Shown here: one piece after another, positions 61,820 to 64,000 of the stretch
Layout: each line of letters starts with the position of its first letter
Numbering within the stretch: the first letter of the stretch is position 1
Origin: an uncultured Gammaproteobacteria bacterium
GTDB lineage: Bacteria; Pseudomonadota; Gammaproteobacteria; JACCXJ01
Assembly: GCA_963764725.1 (NCBI GenBank)
Contig: CAVXTM010000018.1
Span: 651,630-715,629 of the forward strand
Length of the DNA stretch: 64,000 nt
Reading direction: 5' to 3'
Notes under the pieces: generated by a model
What the model was told of the DNA's origin: nothing
The model's input: only the letters and a program-made list of their open reading frames with translations
The model's database searches: none
Program-made: the position numbers and the translations under genes

Positions 61820-62476
61820 AGGCGTTTGAGCGCGGCAGATAGCGTCGCTGCTATTTCTTCCGGAGTTGGTAGGCGCCAGCACTTCGATCGCCTCGCCCTG
61901 CGACAGCACCCACCACCGCAATGCCACGTATCCGGCACGGTGGCACTAAGCGTCTTTCCGTTGCCGTCAATTCCAGTCTGCATATCCACCGAAAGTCGCG
62001 TCTCCGCGAGGATGTGCGCCAGCTCTTCGGAAACCCGCGCTTTCAGCCGGATGCTTTCGCAGCTTCCAAATTGCAGCGCACCGCTGGCGATATAGGTGTC
62101 GAGATCGAAGTCGTGCGGGCGCTGGGCGGGCTCTCCGGTAAGCTTAGCCTCGTGTATTCGATGGACGGCGTCAGCCGAAGATCGTCGTAGTGGAAGGCCG
62201 TGGCAATGAGATAGGTGATCGGTCCCCGTTGTACGAGCGCAAGTGGGTGCAGCCGGTTGCGCACCGAGTATTAAGCCTGGCCGCTGATAGGGGACATCGA
62301 GCTTCTCATCTGCCAGCAGCGCGGCCTGCACCGTTTCCAGCACACCCTCTGCGATCTTTGGCGGCAAAAGCGGTAGGGTTGGGCGCCACTTGGCGTGCCT
62401 TTTCGCTCCACCGGGCGGCCGGGTTCTCGCTTGCGAACGGCGGCTTTCGTCTGGCTTGCCGGAAGCGAGGACCTAA
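61820..62476 (-). pseudogene. WYL domain transcriptional regulator, 5' part cut off by IS5
   Basis: LLPPKI...VQAALL, LHPLALVQRGPITYL, HRI..A, FDLDTYI..G, L.ET.LS. Confidence 0.75.
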
Positions 62477-63620
62477 GGAACCTCTGCAAAAGTCCACAGA
62501 TCAATGGTAGGCGCCGAATTCGGACGAGGACGATAATGATCAAACAGATTGACACTGGGCACGGGCTTCGAGAAATACAGCAAGAGCACGCGTCGGGAGA
62601 AATTTCTCACTGAGATGGACCGCATTGTGCCGTGGAGCGAGCTGTGCGCGTTGATTGCGCCGGTGTACCCGAAGGCCGGGGACGGTCGCCCGCCGAAGGA
62701 GCTGGAGATGATGCTGCGGGTGTACTTTCTGCAGCAGTGGTTCAACCTCTCGGATCCGGGCGTGGAAGAAGCGCTGTATGACTCGGTGTCGATGCGTCGG
62801 TTTGCAGGCATTGACCTTGGAGAGATGCCGGTGCCCGATGAATCCACGGTGTGCCGCTTCCGCCATCTGCTGGAGGCGCATGGGCTTGAAAGAAGCTCTT
62901 CGAGCAGGTGCATGCGTACTTGGAGCACCAGGGCATCAAGATCGGCACCGGCACCATCGTCGATGCGACGATTATCAGCGCCCCGGCCTCGACCAAGAAC
63001 AAGGGCAAGCAACGCGACCCGGACATGCATCAGACCAAGAAAGGCAATCAGTGGTATTTCGGGATGAAGGCGCACATCGGCGTGGACAGCCAGACCAAGG
63101 TCATCCATGCGGTGGCCGCCACCCCTGCCAATGTGCACGACTCGGTGTGTCTGCCCGATCTCTTGCACGGGGAGGAGACACGCGTCTGGGGCGACTCGGC
63201 CTATCAGGGGCAGAGCGAGGTCATACGCAAGCACGCACCGAAGGCCACCGACTTCACCCATCGCCGCTACCGTTACAAGGATACGGTCGATGAGGAAGAA
63301 CGGGCGAAGAACAAAACCAAGTCCAGCGTGCGCGCCAAGGTCGAGCATCCCTTTCTCATCATCAAGCGCATCTTTGGTTTCGTGAAGACCCGCTACAAGG
63401 GGTTGGCGAAGAACGCACACCGGCTGTTCGTGACCTGTGCGCTGACCAATCTGTACCTGATGCGCCGGCGGCTGTGGCGACTGGCGGGGGCGTAGTGTGT
63501 CTGCAGTATGGCAAACGGGGCGAAAATGGCCCCCTGAACGATGAGAAACGGACCTCACGGCCGCGTTTCCGTCTGAAATCGATTCGTGGGCATTTCATTA
63601 ACTCACCGACTCCGGGCCTT
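62477..63620 (+). mobile_element. IS5-family insertion sequence; transposase about 62536-63495, frameshifted; right end unresolved
   Basis: CTAA|GGAACCTCTGCAAAAG left end; TRREKFL.EM, PDESTV, VDATII, WYFGMKAH, GDSAY, RAKVEHPF. Confidence 0.9.
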
Positions 63621-63706
63621 ATTATAGGATTTTGTAGCTGATTCGGGCATACGAGTCGTGTTAGAATAGGAACCCTTATCCAGCAGAGCACCAGGGGAGA
63701 TCGTTC

Positions 63707-64000
63707 ATGGGGCAGCCGGGGTTCGATGTAGAGGAGCGCTATGGCGCACTGGACGCGATGGGTGACCCGTTGGTGATGCTCAAGAATTCGGTCCCTTGGG
63801 AGGAATTTCGTCCGCTATGCGGCGAAGGTCCATGAGAAGAGGCGTAAATCGCCTGCCGGTCGCAGCCTTTGGATCCGGTGATGATGTTCAAGGTGTTAGT
63901 GTTGCAAAGTCTGTATATACATATCGGATCAGCAGATGGAATACCAGATCAAAGACCGGATGTCGTTCATGCGGTTCTGGGCCTTTATCTGGAGGACAAC
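63707..64000 (+). mobile_element. Second IS5-family transposase, 5' part, frameshifted, runs off the window
   Basis: MGQPG.FDVEERY..L...GDPL, PWEEFRP, MMFKVLVLQSLY, SDQQMEYQIKDRMSFMRF. Confidence 0.8.

Noticed and set aside
62473-63558. 361-aa minus-strand ORF
   Set aside because: Antisense shadow of the IS5 transposase

Overview
GC-rich bacterial accessory region, probably proteobacterial (inferred from gene content only). No rRNA, tRNA or CRISPR array was seen. 1-36 kb is a mosaic of general-stress genes (ferritin-like DUF892/DUF2383, BON, catalase remnant, PQQ sugar dehydrogenase, topoisomerase IB, SurE, osmoprotectant ABC transporter, AmtB) mixed with many truncated or internally deleted gene fragments, and includes a DUF547-radical SAM-DUF547 operon whose enzyme resembles the Tes/GDGT-MAS family. 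30-41 kb holds signalling kinases. 42-48 kb holds cystathionine beta-synthase, cystathionine gamma-lyase, a GCS2 ligase and a deacylase. 50-59 kb is an integron-type cassette array (several attC sites, an attI-like site, no integrase in the window) carrying toxin-antitoxin pairs, a minimal Shedu-like nuclease and a three-gene cassette resembling the Hailong anti-phage system plus an extra gene; this is the best candidate for a new system. The end has decayed Uma2 and WYL genes and two IS5-family elements, and two MITE-like repeats elsewhere share the IS5 terminus. Many frameshifts could be real decay or sequencing indels. All family calls come from motif recognition, not database searches.
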